DNA from: Octopus vulgaris
Lineage: Eukaryota
Length of the DNA: 124,000 nucleotides
Reading direction: 5' to 3'
NCBI GenBank assembly: GCA_951406725.2
Contig: OX597826.1
Span: 60,036,001-60,160,000 of the forward strand
The notes under the pieces were generated by a model. That model was not told the origin of the DNA. It was given only the letters and a program-made list of their open reading frames with translations, and searched no databases. The number at the start of each line of letters is the position of its first letter. Position 1 is the stretch's first letter. The translations under genes and the position numbers were made by a program. Shown piece after piece: positions 42,928 to 58,107 of this stretch.

Positions 42928-43630
42928 CCCTCTGGCAACGTATTTGATCCTTGACCATGTTGGTTGCAAACACTTGTCAATAGTTTCTTGGTCAATCATT
43001 TTGTGTTGGAGTGACAGAGTTTTAAATATTATCGTTTGTTGCGCTATGCGTTGTTGTATATCGTGAGCGGTGGGGAGGTTAAATTAACATTTGTGTCATC
43101 TCTCTGTAATAAATTCCTCACTTTTTTTATCTCTTCAACATTAAAGTAGAGTGATTCTTGTTGCACTCTCACTGCTGATTCGAAACCGCGATTGCTTAGT
43201 TTAAATCCATCTTTCTTGAGGTCCTTAATTTTGTTGTTCGTGGTGTCCTTGAAAGTATCTATTGTATTTCTTTTGGGAAGTAGATCATTCCTCTCTCTTG
43301 CTCGCAACAAGGGAGAGAAAGAGACAATTCGGTGTACACGTCGTCTTAGTGGGCTTAACCCGCACCTAGGGTGGAAGCCACGATTGAAAAATTAATTACG
43401 TAGCAAAAATACAAATAAACGTGGGCAAAATTAGCCCATAATAGGGGGAATTTTGGTTCAGCTACAAAGACGCACAAGATTCAACAATAATAATTATAAA
43501 CACACTTTGGTAACATGAATTTACAAAACGTACTAGCGTAAAAAGCGCACGTCAGTTCGGCAAGTAATTATCCAGCCCTTCATACGTCGCCTAACGACAG
43601 GAAAGTCCATGATATATGTGTGTGTGTGTG

Positions 43631-43666
<36 letters not shown>

Positions 43667-46264
43667 GGCTGCCTCCTCAAGAAACTTAAACTTTTCAAAG
43701 CCAATGTTAAAGTTTTTAGCCATGCTCAAGTATCCAAGTATGAATGCAAGTTCGGAGTGGTGTGGGGTTATGTCTAGTTCTTTCAGACAGTGAATGAATT
43801 AATATTTAAACATAAAGAATATGCTTATATTATTACATTTCCTCTGATCCACGCTGTGTTGTGTATTATATATACAACCACACGTACTTTCACACACACA
43901 CTCACACATGTATGCATTTGTGTATGTATACATGTATGCGTTTGTATATACGTATGTATTTATGTATACGCACACAGGCCCATGCTTATGTTCGCATTTA
44001 CGTACTCCATATGTACCTATTAATTCAAATTATCTTTGATTCTTTCATTTCGACTGTCTCCTTTTGTTCCATTCCACTTTCTCTTTTATTATTCTCTAAC
44101 ATCTTCCTCTGTTCATTTTCTCTCTTGTTTCCCTGTTGTCGTGTTCTTTTCTAAACTTCCATCACAATGTTTCCGTTTTGTTTTTATCTGCTTTTTATCT
44201 TTTTCTTTCTTTCGTCTTATTTTTTCGTGTCTTAGTTACTTTTTTATTCTCTTCGTTTGATTTATTCATTTATAGATTATTTATTAATATATTCATTTTC
44301 AAAATAGCGGCAAATAACTTATTTACATATTTTGTTCTGCCATTCTTTGTGACGATGTATTTATTTTGAACAAACTTCTTTTTAATTCTTTTATCCTATA
44401 TTGTTAAGTTTTTTCTGTTATAAAGATCTACAGAAAAACAATGCGAGATTTTAAATTCATCAAACATATGATATTCAATAAATAAATAAATACAACATAA
44501 TCAAAATGAAATAAATTAGCCTCTTATAAACACAAAAATAATTTAATTAAAATAATTTTAAAAGGTGACTGTATTTTTCTCTTTTGTTGCATTTAATGAT
44601 CAATGTAAAAAAATATAGATCTCAATGTTTTTTGTTATTCTTTGCGGTGCTAGTATTGTTGCTTGTCCTATTGTAGTTGCTATTGTGGATGTTCGTGTTG
44701 TTTTTGTATTTGCTACCATATTATTTGATCGTATTAATTATATAATCGTTCAGTAATTGGCGATACTGGTAATTGAAATCAATTATAAGGATAAGATTTA
44801 AAAACACAAAAATATAAATTAGTTACCCATATAAATTTGCATTTCCTTTTTTCTATTATATTTCGAAAGTATTTATTGCTTGTAGGTATTGTTGTAGATG
44901 TTATTCATCTCTTAGTCTAATCTCACATAAGAGGCATACGACACGTCGTTTGTTAAGAAATTATTCGCTTCGTCATATGTTTGCAAAATGATACTGATTA
45001 TGTCATTCTGGCGATTGTGAATAAGTATAAAACGGCGCGATACATGACCACTTATAGCCAGAAATTTTAAGAGCATTTTAATTAGCAAGAAATATTAATA
45101 AATATGTATATTCTATGCATCTTCTTCCTTACTCTTCGATTTTAAATTTAAACTTCCATTACCATCATGATTGATCTAGAAAGGTTTGTCTTCCTTACAA
45201 TAACTGACAGCCAGGGTACTCCACGTATATAGTGATTAGTCATAGTTCTATTGTTCCAGATATATGAAAAGGATCATATTTCATGTATCCAAGAAGCGGA
45301 GGGAAATCGTTCGTTATCCTGCCAAACACCACATCAAATGATAACTGTCTAACTCCCAGTTGTCTCTAATTTCATTGTTGATGCTTATTATGCTTCGTTC
45401 TGTGGCTGTACTTCTCTAATTTTACTCCGCATCGGATAAGCGGCGGTGACGACCACGCGTCCCTATTTCGAGTAATTTGTTTTTCTGTTTGGAAATCTTT
45501 TATCAGTGACATTCCAGTCGATCTTTGTTTGCAACATAACATATCGGAGGTTACTTTGTCTACATTCTTCATTTATATGAAGAATGTGGCGGCGTACGGT
45601 GTGATAAGGAGAGATTTTTGCTGAACTCTCGAGTCGATCGAACTTCTCATATTTCTTATAAACGACGTATGTGTATGAACTAATAGACAGTAAATAGAAA
45701 ATGTAAGGCCTAATATGAGAAACAGCTGATATTGTCTCTAAAAGTGTGATACAGTAAATGCAAAACAGAGCATGCGTGAAAGGGTTTTGTATAATCACCT
45801 GAACTACATAAAAAACAAACAAAAAAAAAACACAGAAGATCCTTCTCAAATCAAAATCTGTTGATGTTTAAAAATAATCACTTACATATAAGATAACTTT
45901 GGTACATTCCCTTAAACAGATAAGATGGTCATAACATTTTTTTTTATTTGGTTGTCCGCCTTCTCGACCACATCAGAAATATGTGAGGTTGTTTGGCAGA
46001 GTGTTGAATAGAGGTGGGTCACTGAAGCCTAAGCTGTTACATAACTAACTCCTTATTCGTGATGGAGAAAATAGGATCCATCTCATCTCCTACAATCAGT
46101 GCCGTCCGGTTCGGCAGTTGGTATAGCTTTCAGTTCCAAAATTGAGAGCTAGACCTTCCAGTATTTTTTGTATGTATATTACTGCGCATCTTTCACGCCT
46201 TCTCTCTAGGGAGTTGAGCCTCAGTTCATTTAAGTCACCTATTTGTCTGTGTGAATCTTATTCG

Positions 46265-46500
46265 TATTTATTTCTTTATTGCCCACAGTGGGCTAAACAT
46301 AGAGGAGACAAACAAGGACAGACAAAGGGATTAAGTCGATTACATCGACCCAGTGCGTGACTGGTGCTTATTTAATCGACCCCGAAAAAAATGAAAGGCA
46401 AAGTCGACCTCGGCAGAATTTGAGCTCAGAACGTAACGGCAGACGAAATACTGCTAAGCATTTCGCCCGGCGTGCTAACGATTCTGCCAGCTTACCGCCC
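46265..46500 (-). mobile_element. SINE family B (long tail) with target-site duplication
   Basis: Full element flanked by TGTGAATCTTATT on both sides (about 46249 and 46504), consistent with TPRT insertion. Confidence 0.9.
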
Positions 46501-46673
46501 TTCTGTGAATCTTATTTGTATTGTGCAGCTGGACTGCCTCAACGTGAGCCAATCCATATCACAAAGCACTATAAGAAAGGTGTTAAAAATATCCTACTCT
46601 CTATAAACAAGCCACTCTCTCACTCTCTTTCTTCATCTCTCTCGCTTTCTCTCTCTCTCGCTTTCTCTCTCTC

Positions 46674-46728
<55 letters not shown>

Positions 46729-48067
46729 TCCTCTCACCTTAAGTTAATGCACGCCTAGAAAAATTTGAATAAATCGCAGTCATATTTAAATTTACATTTC
46801 AATATATTATTCCAGTCAAATTGTTAATAAATGTGGAATTTGATAAAGTGTTGAATACATTAAATATTATATACATGCAAAAGTTTCTTTAAGAATTACT
46901 AAGGCATATATTGTATTAATGCTGCATTAATACACAGTAGCCTTTCCAGTTATAATATTCACTTCTATTATATAAAATGCTTCACAAATATATTAAAGTT
47001 CTTCGACTACGTACATAGAAAAATATATATACATATACATACATATAATCATTTATGTACATATGTGGACGAAGATATATGAGTGTGTGTGTGTGTGTAT
47101 GTATTTGTGTCCATGTATATGAAAATCCCTAAATCTTTATACAGATTGGGCTATAATGATGGGAGAATTATGTAATACATATATTTGGTACTCTAAGATA
47201 CTAGCATTTAAAAAGTGTTCCATCATTATGGCTCACCCTGGATATATCTATATAAATTAGTTCATCTACACAGTATATGGTTACGAACGACTAATAATTT
47301 CATACGTTGGAGATGTTGTCTAGGCAGGTTTTTACAAAACGCCTTGTGTCTCCATGCAATATGGACGATACAAGTAACACATCAGGATAACAGAACAAGA
47401 GAAACCATGCGGAAAAACGAGATGAAGGTGGATGAAAAAAGTGGAAGGGTGAAAAAGACGGAAAGAAAAGAAAAAATACATTTACTGGTGGAGAAACAAT
47501 GTAAGGTGTCTTACTTAGATCTGCGATGCAGCTACTCATTCGGTGCGCGGGTGGAGATTGTTCTCCAATTTGTCAAAAGAAATTTGTCCATCTGTTTGCA
47601 TTTGCTGGAAAATATCTGATTTGGAATTCATGAGTACGGTGGAATTCTTCTATCTAAAATCGATATGTAATCTTTCAACTACGCGTAACTTACGTGTTTT
47701 AACATAGCATGAAATTTTTTCTACAATTATCCGCTTGAGTGTATGTGGCGTGGAGTTGGTCTTTAAACCCCATACTTGGTTAGCCAACTTAGTGACCTTA
47801 CTTTTATCCATGTTCCAATCTTTTTCTTTATCCATAACGCAATGTATTTCTTCTTTTCGGCTAGGTTACCATGTCGCGTTACTGCGATTTCTGTGTCTTC
47901 TACTTGGAGAAGTCAGGCGTATCATTAAAACCATAAATACTTTGAAACGATCGTATAGATACATGAATAAAAGTAATTATAGCCCATATTAACATCTCAT
48001 CTCCTCCATTTACGAAAAAATGATTGAATTTGTTGAACTTTATTTTTATAAGTTAAATCTTACACTT

Positions 48068-48161
<94 letters not shown>

Positions 48162-48162
48162 T

Positions 48163-48240
<78 letters not shown>

Positions 48241-49274
48241 TGAGAGATATGGTTCCGTAATCTTAACTCTTTCTACAGCATCTTCAACCATTAAATGAAA
48301 CACTCTCTCCAATTTCATATGTGTATCGTCACATTTAAATATTTCACATACAATCGATTACACAATGACCTGCAAGTTTTTGAGAAATAACATAGTAAAT
48401 ACATACAAAACACCAATATGTATAACAGATAGGAAATAACATTCATCTAAATAAAAAAAAAGTCCGTGCACATACCTTACATCGCCTTTAAATTTTATGA
48501 AACATTCTTCTTTTTCAACAATAAGGGAAAGTTAATGAACCAACTATGAGTTGTTAATAGGGATCTTGACGTGTTATTTACTTTTTTTTGTATCAAAACA
48601 CAAGCAAGTTTGCTGACATAAATTCGACATAATGAACATCTGTCTCAAAATCCCTTCATGAAAGCCCTGGAATTTGGGAAACAAATTCCCCGTTAATATT
48701 TCTCTTGATACCAGGATATAAATCCTATCTATTATCGACACAAGTCCTGAAGTTTTGTGGGGAGAGGGCATTTGATCATATCAATTTAATTGCTTCAACT
48801 GGTATTAATTTTATCGACCAAGGAAATTTGAAAGGTAAAGTTGACCTTGGCGGCATTTGAAATCAAAACGTACTGACGGATGAAATGGCACGAAACATTT
48901 TGCCCGGTCAGCAAACGATTCTGCCAGATCCCCGCCGTTGTTACTAAGATAATGATTCACGCTATTCGATAACTCTAATACTCTGGAAATTCTTACAGGA
49001 TACAAAAGAAAGGGGACTCATCGTTTTTAATTTCTATATTGGTGCCATAAGATAACTGGGTCAATGAACACGTGGCATTTTAAGTTCTAGACACCCTTCA
49101 GAATGTGAACGATGATTATACCAATAACATTGTATGTAGAGGATCTCATTGCAATCTCATAAACCAGAAAAAACAAGATACTTGAATGATTTCGAAACGA
49201 CAAGAATAAAATATCCCAGGAAATCTCTTGAAATATCAAACGTAGCAGCGACATAATCTGAGACCCACTTCGGT

Positions 49275-49500
49275 CACAACACAGACCATGGGATTGCACC
49301 TAGAAAGTTACCCTCCGAGGCACAAGTCCGAGCAAGGTTGTTTATGGAAGACCAGCAGTCGCCCATGCATACCGACCTCCCCTTTCCACGCCAGTAGTGT
49401 TATCCAAGGGAAAGGCAAAGGCCGATACAGCTTGGCACCTGTGACGTCGCAACTCAGGATCGTAAGCTCGACGCTCTAACCACTGAGCCATGCGCCTTCA
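49275..49500 (-). mobile_element. SINE family D2 with internal deletion
   Basis: Head GAAGGCGCATGGCTCAGTGGTTAGAGCGTCGAGC joined directly to the D2 tail. Confidence 0.8.
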
Positions 49501-52225
49501 CCAGCGACATAATAGCAGGTAACAGTTTAGACAGATTTATACATAGGTAGTCCGTCACTCAAGGTTGATTTATTACATCTTTACATTCATGTATAGTCCT
49601 GGGCAAGATACTTTGAGGAATACTGATAGCTACCCATGCATGCAAGTTTAACCTTTCCATGCCACCGATGCATATCCAAAGCGAAAAATTTTGGTAGGTT
49701 CAGCGTGGAACGAGTAACGCTGGAGGCAATGCTGTGAAAAAGCAAAAAGTATGAGTCGATTATAACATTTCCAACAATCCACAGTCTTAGACTGGCATTG
49801 CTTTTAGTAGCACCGAAAGAATAAAAGGTAAATTTAATGAAAAGTAGCTTTGAAATGAGAGCCAGGAGAATCGAAACAAACTTCGTCAATGTTTATTATC
49901 GAACGCTCTAGATTTACAGACACACAAATACAAAATGACAAGCGAAGAAACTATACTCAAACACAATAATTGTGATCATAAATAGGAATATTTGAGGGGT
50001 AATATGCAGAGGAGCTTCCAATCTACAGCGGAGCAAAGCAACAACTGCAGCAACAACAACAAAAACAATAATGGAAGCGTCAAGATGCGGAAAGAAGAAC
50101 AGAAAATGGTAACGTGCTATCATATTCAAAGTAACAGATTATTATGGATGCCAATATTCTTATGTATCAGTGTAAATGTAATCTTAAAATATTATCGCTA
50201 TACAAACCAGCATACATTCTTCTATTGTAACAAAAGAAATGTTCTTCCAAAATTGATGAATATTATATCTTCTCGTTTCTCTTGTCTTAGAAAATACCAG
50301 ATTCGCCGAATTTATGCAGGGAACAATCTTCATAGAGTCAGTAAATATAAAACATTTATATCAGCTGTCACAAAATGTTCAATGGTAAACAGCCACATTA
50401 GGTGATAAACAATTTATCATGTGTCGACTAACGACCGGAAGTAAAAGGTAACTGTCGGAATGAGCTAACTAAAAGAATAATGAAGATTTATTAAACATAC
50501 AAACAGAAACCATAGGATACCAGATTACATGTCTTATAGTAACCCACGTTTTGCTTTTATGTTCAATGATCGAATTCCGCTAGTATTCTCTTTGGCATTT
50601 CAGAATTTGTGGATTTGATACAATAAAATGTGATCTTGGTATTTCTTGCCCGACTTAGCTCTGAACTAGCAAAGTTTTGCGTAGTAACTTCCCATTCGTG
50701 TTCATTCAAATAAGTTTTCCAATCAAACTATACCCAGGATTATTATAAGTTAAGTGCCCTCCATTTTTTCAGACCTTTAGTTATGGTAATTTGACAACGA
50801 TTCTTCTCATAGGCGGTAGTTCCAGTAATATAAGGGTCATTGGTTGTACAATTGGGATAGAAAAATTGACCTAGCCCCCTTTGAAAAAGAGTGGTGTTAT
50901 AATCCAATTGGGATAGAAAAATTGACCTAGCCCCCTTTGAAAACCATGTATAATTTGTTTAATGGACAAATTCATTACTGTCCTCGAACTTGCAGAGTTG
51001 CCTCTGTGTGGCGAATGCCTTTTATCATTTTAATAGTGATTTACAACATAACTTCAGAGCGGGGCATTTTGATTGATGGTACAGGTGAATATGACGCCTC
51101 CAATTATCATTTGATATTTATTTTATTGACCCTGAAATGACGACAAGTAAAATTCCACCTCGGTTGAATTGGATATCTAAACCTTAACAAATTTTAACTA
51201 AGAAGTGAGCGGTTTAACGAGTGAGCTTAAATGTAGAGACTTGGCTCGCAAGAAATAGCAGCTAAATGTTCCTAAATGCACACCATAGAATATTAACGAA
51301 ATACGCATTAGCTGATATAATTCTAGTTGGTCAATATCTGAACATAGCATGGGAACACAACTCTAGTTGTTACAATACCAAAAATCAAACAAACCAGTGT
51401 GAAGTGAATAAACCACCAGTGTGAAGAAACCACTTGATCTTGCGCAGAAGAAATTCGACTGTATATTCTGATTCCTGAGATATATGGGTCTAGTGCAAAA
51501 CATTCTTCATCATTATCGATCGTGGCAACCAGGTAGATATGATCGCTAGAAGATTATTATTATTATGTCATTTTGATTCTTTGTGGGCCAAAAAGAAAGA
51601 CAACTAATAAATATCTACTATATTAAATTCACCTTAGTACTCAATAGCTCTTTGATTCTGAGAACGGAGAAAAGCAAATATTTGAAACCAGTATATAAAG
51701 ACTAACTAAGCACCCCAGGGATCTCTTCGTTTACCTCACAATCGCCATTCCAAACCAATATTATTTTTCATTACAATTATAATTCTTCTTCTTCCTCTCT
51801 CTCTCCCTCTCTTTCTCTTTCTTTCTCTCCCGTTTTGTCTTTCACTCCCACTCGCACACACTTATACGCTAAATCTTAGACATACATATCACACCTGCCC
51901 TCATAGACATTTTATTCCAACATATATATATATATATGATAACGTGAATCTATTTCCTTACATATTCAAAAGTACCACATCTATATATTTGATTTATATG
52001 TTTGACTGTAAATTTACTTGAAGTTATCACAATATTCCACCAATGCTCTGTATTCGATATATCCTGCTGTTCATATTTTACTGATTTATTATCACTTTAA
52101 GCATTATCCAAACAACATTTACTCTAGAAACTACTTCACCATATTTATCATTGAATTGCCTACTTCCCGTTCACCCTGTGTCTGATTGTCTGTCTGTCTG
52201 TCTCACTCTCTCTCACTCTACTCCG

Positions 52226-52261
<36 letters not shown>

Positions 52262-52558
52262 ATATCACACATTCATGCACACGCACACGGTATTGGCGAC
52301 AGAAACTGCATTAGTTCAAAATAGTAGTCTGTAAACCTTCCTTAATGTTGATATACTGCGGAAAGCCACGAGACTATGGTATTCCCAGGTAAGTTCTTTA
52401 TGTTACTGATATGCTTGCCTGAGTTTTAGTAATATACGAGATAAACTATCGAGACGTCTATAGTTATCCTGTGACTTTATGAAATATATTCAGATACAGT
52501 AATATATACAGAAGGATATATATGCCTGGAGTGAATGGGAAAGAGAAGGAGAGGATGG

Positions 52559-52598
<40 letters not shown>

Positions 52599-52603
52599 CT
52601 AGC

Positions 52604-52641
<38 letters not shown>

Positions 52642-52654
52642 CAAAAAAAGGAAC

Positions 52655-53340
52655 AAGAACGTAACAGGCGACAACAAAACATCGGAACAGTTAGACAATA
52701 CAAAGAACGACAGGTCATTTGGAGCTTTCTTTCGTCAGTCGAGTACCAGATCGTCATTGCAGTTTCAGCCGGTTATTCTCGAGACTGCTCCAATCTGTCC
52801 GGCCCCAAGAAAATCTAAGCTAAGGGCACTAGATTCTTTGGAAGAAAGCAAGTGAATGCATAAGAAAACAAGGAAGAAGAATAACGGAGAAATGGTACGC
52901 AATTACAAATACAAATAACAGGACATTAATAACAGGCGTCTTTCGACTAAGGACGAATTAACTTAAGCTGGCGTGTGTGAAAGTGAAGCCTTACGACAGG
53001 AAAATAAGAGACGAAAGTTAAGGGAAGGATTATAAGAGATGATACACGGATGGTAGCAAAACCAAAAAAGAAAAGTCAGGCTTGGCGGAACTCCGATTAC
53101 GTGGAAGAAGAGGAGAAAGTTAGGGGCAGAGGGAGTCAGGAATTAGCGGGGGGACGAGAAAGAGTGAAAAGAAAGGAAAGGGAAAGAATGAGGTAAAGGT
53201 GGAGGAAAAGTGATGAGAATGAAGGGAAGGCCAAGAAATGTGAGAGAGGGGGAGCGAGAAAAAGAAAAGTGGAAAGAACGAAGTAAGTGTGAAGGGAGCT
53301 AAACGAAAGGGTAAAAGAATCGAATATTCTTATGTTCCTT
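52655..53340 (-). mobile_element. Putative Penelope-type terminal repeat region with decayed hammerhead motifs
   Basis: Minus strand has a pyrimidine-rich run, CCGGCT-GAAACTGCAAT, and CGA-CTGACGA-AGAAAGCTCC-AAATGACCTGTC; a similar motif occurs near 119150 (-). Confidence 0.35.
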
Positions 53341-53643
53341 TCTTCCTGTACGTGTTTCAGTCAATAGACTGCGTCCATGTTGGAATACCGCCTTGAATTT
53401 TAGTGAACTGAATCGACCCCAAGTAATTTTCAATTTTTAAGGCTAGTACATATTCTATCGGTCTCTCTTGACGAACGGTTAAGTTACGGTCGTCGTAAAA
53501 ACACTAGCACCAGTTGACAAGCGGTGGTGAAGGAGAAACACCCACCATATATATATGTATATATGTGTGTGTGTGTGTGTGTGTGTGCATGTATATATGT
53601 ATATATATATGTATATACATATATATACATATATATTTATGTG

Positions 53644-53727
<84 letters not shown>

Positions 53728-54375
53728 GAGAGAGTGTGTGTGTGTGTGTCTTTCTATCTGTGTGACAAAGAGAGAAAATGTGAGAGGGAGATGTATGTAT
53801 GATTGTTTGTCAGCCCCATGGTTCCGGGTTCAGTCTCAATACACACACACACACACACATATGCATAGGTGTCTATGTTTCTGCTTGTCCCCTACCATCG
53901 CTTGACAACCGGTGTTGCTGTATTTACATCCCCGTAACTTAGCGTGACAAACCAGCACCTGCTATAAATTGGTTGAGGGAGAAACACAGAAGCACATGCA
54001 ACAGCCATACAGAAATATTGGATTTGTACAAGACCTCTGGCTATTAACATCATTCATATGGCATTGGCCCGACCGGGGTTATTATACAAAGCTCTTGCCG
54101 AAAGTGTGAGGAAAGGAGAAACGAAATGGCTTGAAAGTGATCGTTTTGAACATTGAAGCAGCGCTCAGATACTTTTGTATTTACTTATATAATATGTTCA
54201 GAGAATTCTACATACGCCACTTACAATATTTGTCTATGATTAGAAAAAGTAACTTAACAAAATCTTTATATATCTAAACGTGTATATCTATTAATATATA
54301 TCACTCGATCTTATACACTCTTTACGCTCTTTCTCTCTCTCACTTTTTACACACGCACACAGACACGGAAATCTG

Positions 54376-54471
<96 letters not shown>

Positions 54472-54481
54472 TGCAAATAAG

Positions 54482-54535
<54 letters not shown>

Positions 54536-54681
54536 CATATATATACTGAGAGAGAGATAGAGAGAAATGGGAATAGTTAAATACATGGATAAATAGACTT
54601 GTATATACATACATATATATATATATATACATACATATGTGTGTGTATATGTGTGTATATATAATGTACATATATATAAAC

Positions 54682-54733
<52 letters not shown>

Positions 54734-55189
54734 AGAGAGAGAGAGACGGACACACTGACAGACAGCACATACAGACAGACACAGTACACGAAAGCTATGT
54801 CCAATATTTCATAATGGTACCTTCTTCCTGGATCTGTGACGTACACAAGAAGTGTGATTTAAGTTACATATTTATATGTACGATTTCATAAGTATATTTC
54901 CTGATTCGATGTGCAAGATCAGAGACATCTAAAAGCTTTCTTCCAAACGATACTGCGATAGATTTGCTCTGTCTCTCTGTTTCCTCAGTTTTACCTCTAG
55001 GTATTTTCCTTCAGAATGCTACTGTATTACACGTTTACATCTAAAAGAAACTTTCTGTACATTTCAAACTATTTTGTATGTATATGAGACATTATCTATC
55101 TTCAAACTCTTTCTCTCTCTCTTTCAACCATCTTCATCCGATTCTCACACGTGTATGTATATATTTATATATATGTATCTAAGTGTAAA

Positions 55190-55271
<82 letters not shown>

Positions 55272-55569
55272 TCACGATCTCTTCTGAATTTATCTAAATA
55301 ATAGTATACCAACGTAATTTCGACTTTAAAAATACCTTCTAAGTATTCAAGTAACTGAATCGAATTACGCGTATAACAAATATTAAGATTCACTCTTGTT
55401 AATAGATACATATTCGTACCTGTATGTAATTCCAAAATGCATGTTGCAAGTGTTGCAATAAAATTTGCTTCGTGGGTGCAAAACCAGGTCCAGAGTTTCT
55501 TACAAACACGGACGAATTTTTTTCCCGATTTAATATCGAAACAAACACAAGCACAATAGTAATAATTAT

Positions 55570-56220
55570 TTAGTTTCGAATTTTGGTACAAGGCGAGTAA
55601 TTTCGGAGAAGGGGATAAGTCGATTACATCAACGCCAATATTCAACCGATGCGTATCTCACCGGCCTCGAATGGGACGAAAAAGTCGAAATTGGCGGAAT
55701 TTGAACTTAGAGCAAGTAGACACACGAAATGCCTCCTAGCATTGTGTCCGACATGCTAACAATTCTGGTTACTCACCGCCTTCACAAAAATAATAATCCT
55801 TCCTACTATAGGTACAAGGCGTGGAATTTATGGGAACGGGGAGAGTCAATTACATCGACCTCAAAAGGAGAAATGCAAAGACGAACTCGGTGGAATTGAA
55901 CTGAAAAAGGAACAGGCAGACGAAATGCCGCGAAACATTTTTCCCGGTGTACTAACCATTCTGCCAGTCAGCCGCCAAAAATATTAATAACTCTCTCTAC
56001 TAAAGGAACAAATCATGAAATTTTGAGGGAGGGGACTATTCCATTTCATCGACCCCAGTTTTTCCACTGGCATTTAACTTACCAACCCGAAATGCAAAGT
56101 CGACTTCTGCGGAATTTGAACTCCGGATGTAAAGTTTGACAACACATCAAAGATACATGGAATGCCTCTAATTACCTTGCCCGGTGAGGTAACCATTCGG
56201 CCAGCTAGCCGCCAAACATA
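55570..56220 (-). mobile_element. Cluster of three to four diverged family B SINE units
   Basis: Repeated ...GTCGAC(C/T)TC(G/T)GCGGAATTTGAAC... cores and CTGCCAGCT..CCGCC heads. Confidence 0.75.
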
Positions 56221-56695
56221 ATAATAATAATATATGTACCTCAACCAAACCGATTGACCCAATAAGGAAAAAATAATCTTTCAATTCAGGCAAAAATGTT
56301 TCTGCCTTCGTTCGTGTTGGCGATGAATTTTTTACCCTGCATCCATTGTTTCCGAGCCAAGACCAATGAAGTACCTGCTTAAAGTTAAATTATGTAAAAA
56401 TATTTTGCAAGAATGACGGCTGTGTAATATATGTTTAGAGTAATAAATACGTAATATCTTTTTTGTTCCTCTTTCTTTCGCATGTTTCTTATTCTGGATC
56501 CCTTTCTTGGAAAAGATATTGGTTTATTTTTTGAGAGCCACGCTATCAGAAAATAGCATGCATTGGCTTTAGTTGATTACTTGTTTGGTAATTAGGTGTT
56601 GTTATATAAATTAAACATTGCTATTTAACAACACAAAAAATTAAGTGGAACTAGAGAACGTGTGAGGAAATCATTTCCGTGTATATGTACGTATG

Positions 56696-56763
<68 letters not shown>

Positions 56764-57062
56764 GACATACGTATGTGTGTATGTGCGCGTGAATGCATTT
56801 TATATATGTATGCATGTTTGAGTACACAGACACACACGCATACGCACATATACACACACATTTAAACGTGACGCATACATATATATCTCTATTACGTTTG
56901 AGGCTGTGGAGCGCATATATATACACACACACACACACACAGACGCATACACACACATATATATATATATATGCATATAAATACATATACATTCACATTC
57001 AAACACGTATAGATGTATGTATGGTTTAATAATTTAAATATATGTATATGCATATATATTTT

Positions 57063-57095
<33 letters not shown>

Positions 57096-57254
57096 GTCGT
57101 TGTCTATCTATCTCCCCTCCCTCTCTATATATGTATATATAGATATGATATATATATATATATATATACTAATAAACACACACACATGCACGCACACACA
57201 CACGCACACACACACATATATATATATACATACATACATACATACATACATACA

Positions 57255-57287
<33 letters not shown>

Positions 57288-57329
57288 TTATATATGTAGC
57301 TTTGTCTGAAAAATTAACTTGCTGTAGTC

Positions 57330-57610
57330 TATTTATTTTAATCCTTAACTTTCTGCAATAATTTCAACAAAATAATCAATATTTTATCCTACCGTTGCTC
57401 ACGGCTTCTCGCCAACGTACTATTAGGTTCTCAATGCCTTGGTGTCAGAAATAACAGTTTTGACTGTAAGAATCATAAACTACATGTTCCGCTCCTCGTC
57501 GTTGTTGAACAAAAGGCCAAGCAGCCTGCTTTCGAGCGACAGAAAATGGTCATAATCTTCCCATACCAGGAGGATACGGTATCTCATACAAAATTTCTAA
57601 ATCGAGATCT
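57330..57610 (-). pseudogene. Mariner transposase C-terminal fragment
   Basis: Minus-strand pieces IQDLDLEILYEIPYPP..., DYDHFLSLESRLLGLLFNNDEE and GIENLIVRWREAVSNG match the mariner pattern HPPYSPDLAPSDYHLF...GI..L..RW..V...G.Y; frameshifted. Confidence 0.7.
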
Positions 57611-58107
57611 TGAATAGCATTTTTGTTCAAAAGATTCTTCGGTTTAAGCGAGATTTATATATTTAAGAAATTTACTGAAATCCAAGCCAGAATTGAACCC
57701 ACATATCAACGTTTGCATGGCTACATGCGCATCCGATTGCGCTGAACATCCAATTGTGCTAAATGCATCCGATTTCGCTAAGCATTAACTGCAGCTAAAT
57801 TTATATATATGATTTAAACTGTCTATTATTGTTGTTATTATTATTATTGTTATTGTTATTGTACTAATAAATTTCCACATATGCTTTCTCTCCGTAACTT
57901 AAAGCCTTCTCTTTCTTTTTTTAAGAATATTTTATGTAGTAATTAGGCAGTTCAAATATATATACGTAAAACTTGCCTGAATTTGATAGGTGAGAACTTG
58001 GCCCAATCGAATGCACATGCAGCTGTGTAAGTGTTGATATGTGGGTTCGATTCTGGCAAGTGTTAGCGCATCATTTTTCAGTCAATTTGTTTATATATAT
58101 ATATATC

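Noticed and set aside
49587-50405. Hydrophobic 100 aa ORF (-) and 137 aa ORF (+)
   Set aside because: No recognisable motif, poor splice context, and length within chance expectation for this window.
50849-50943. 39 bp direct repeat with a 17 bp spacer, CRISPR-like at a glance
   Set aside because: Only two units, eukaryotic context, no cas genes; a simple local duplication.
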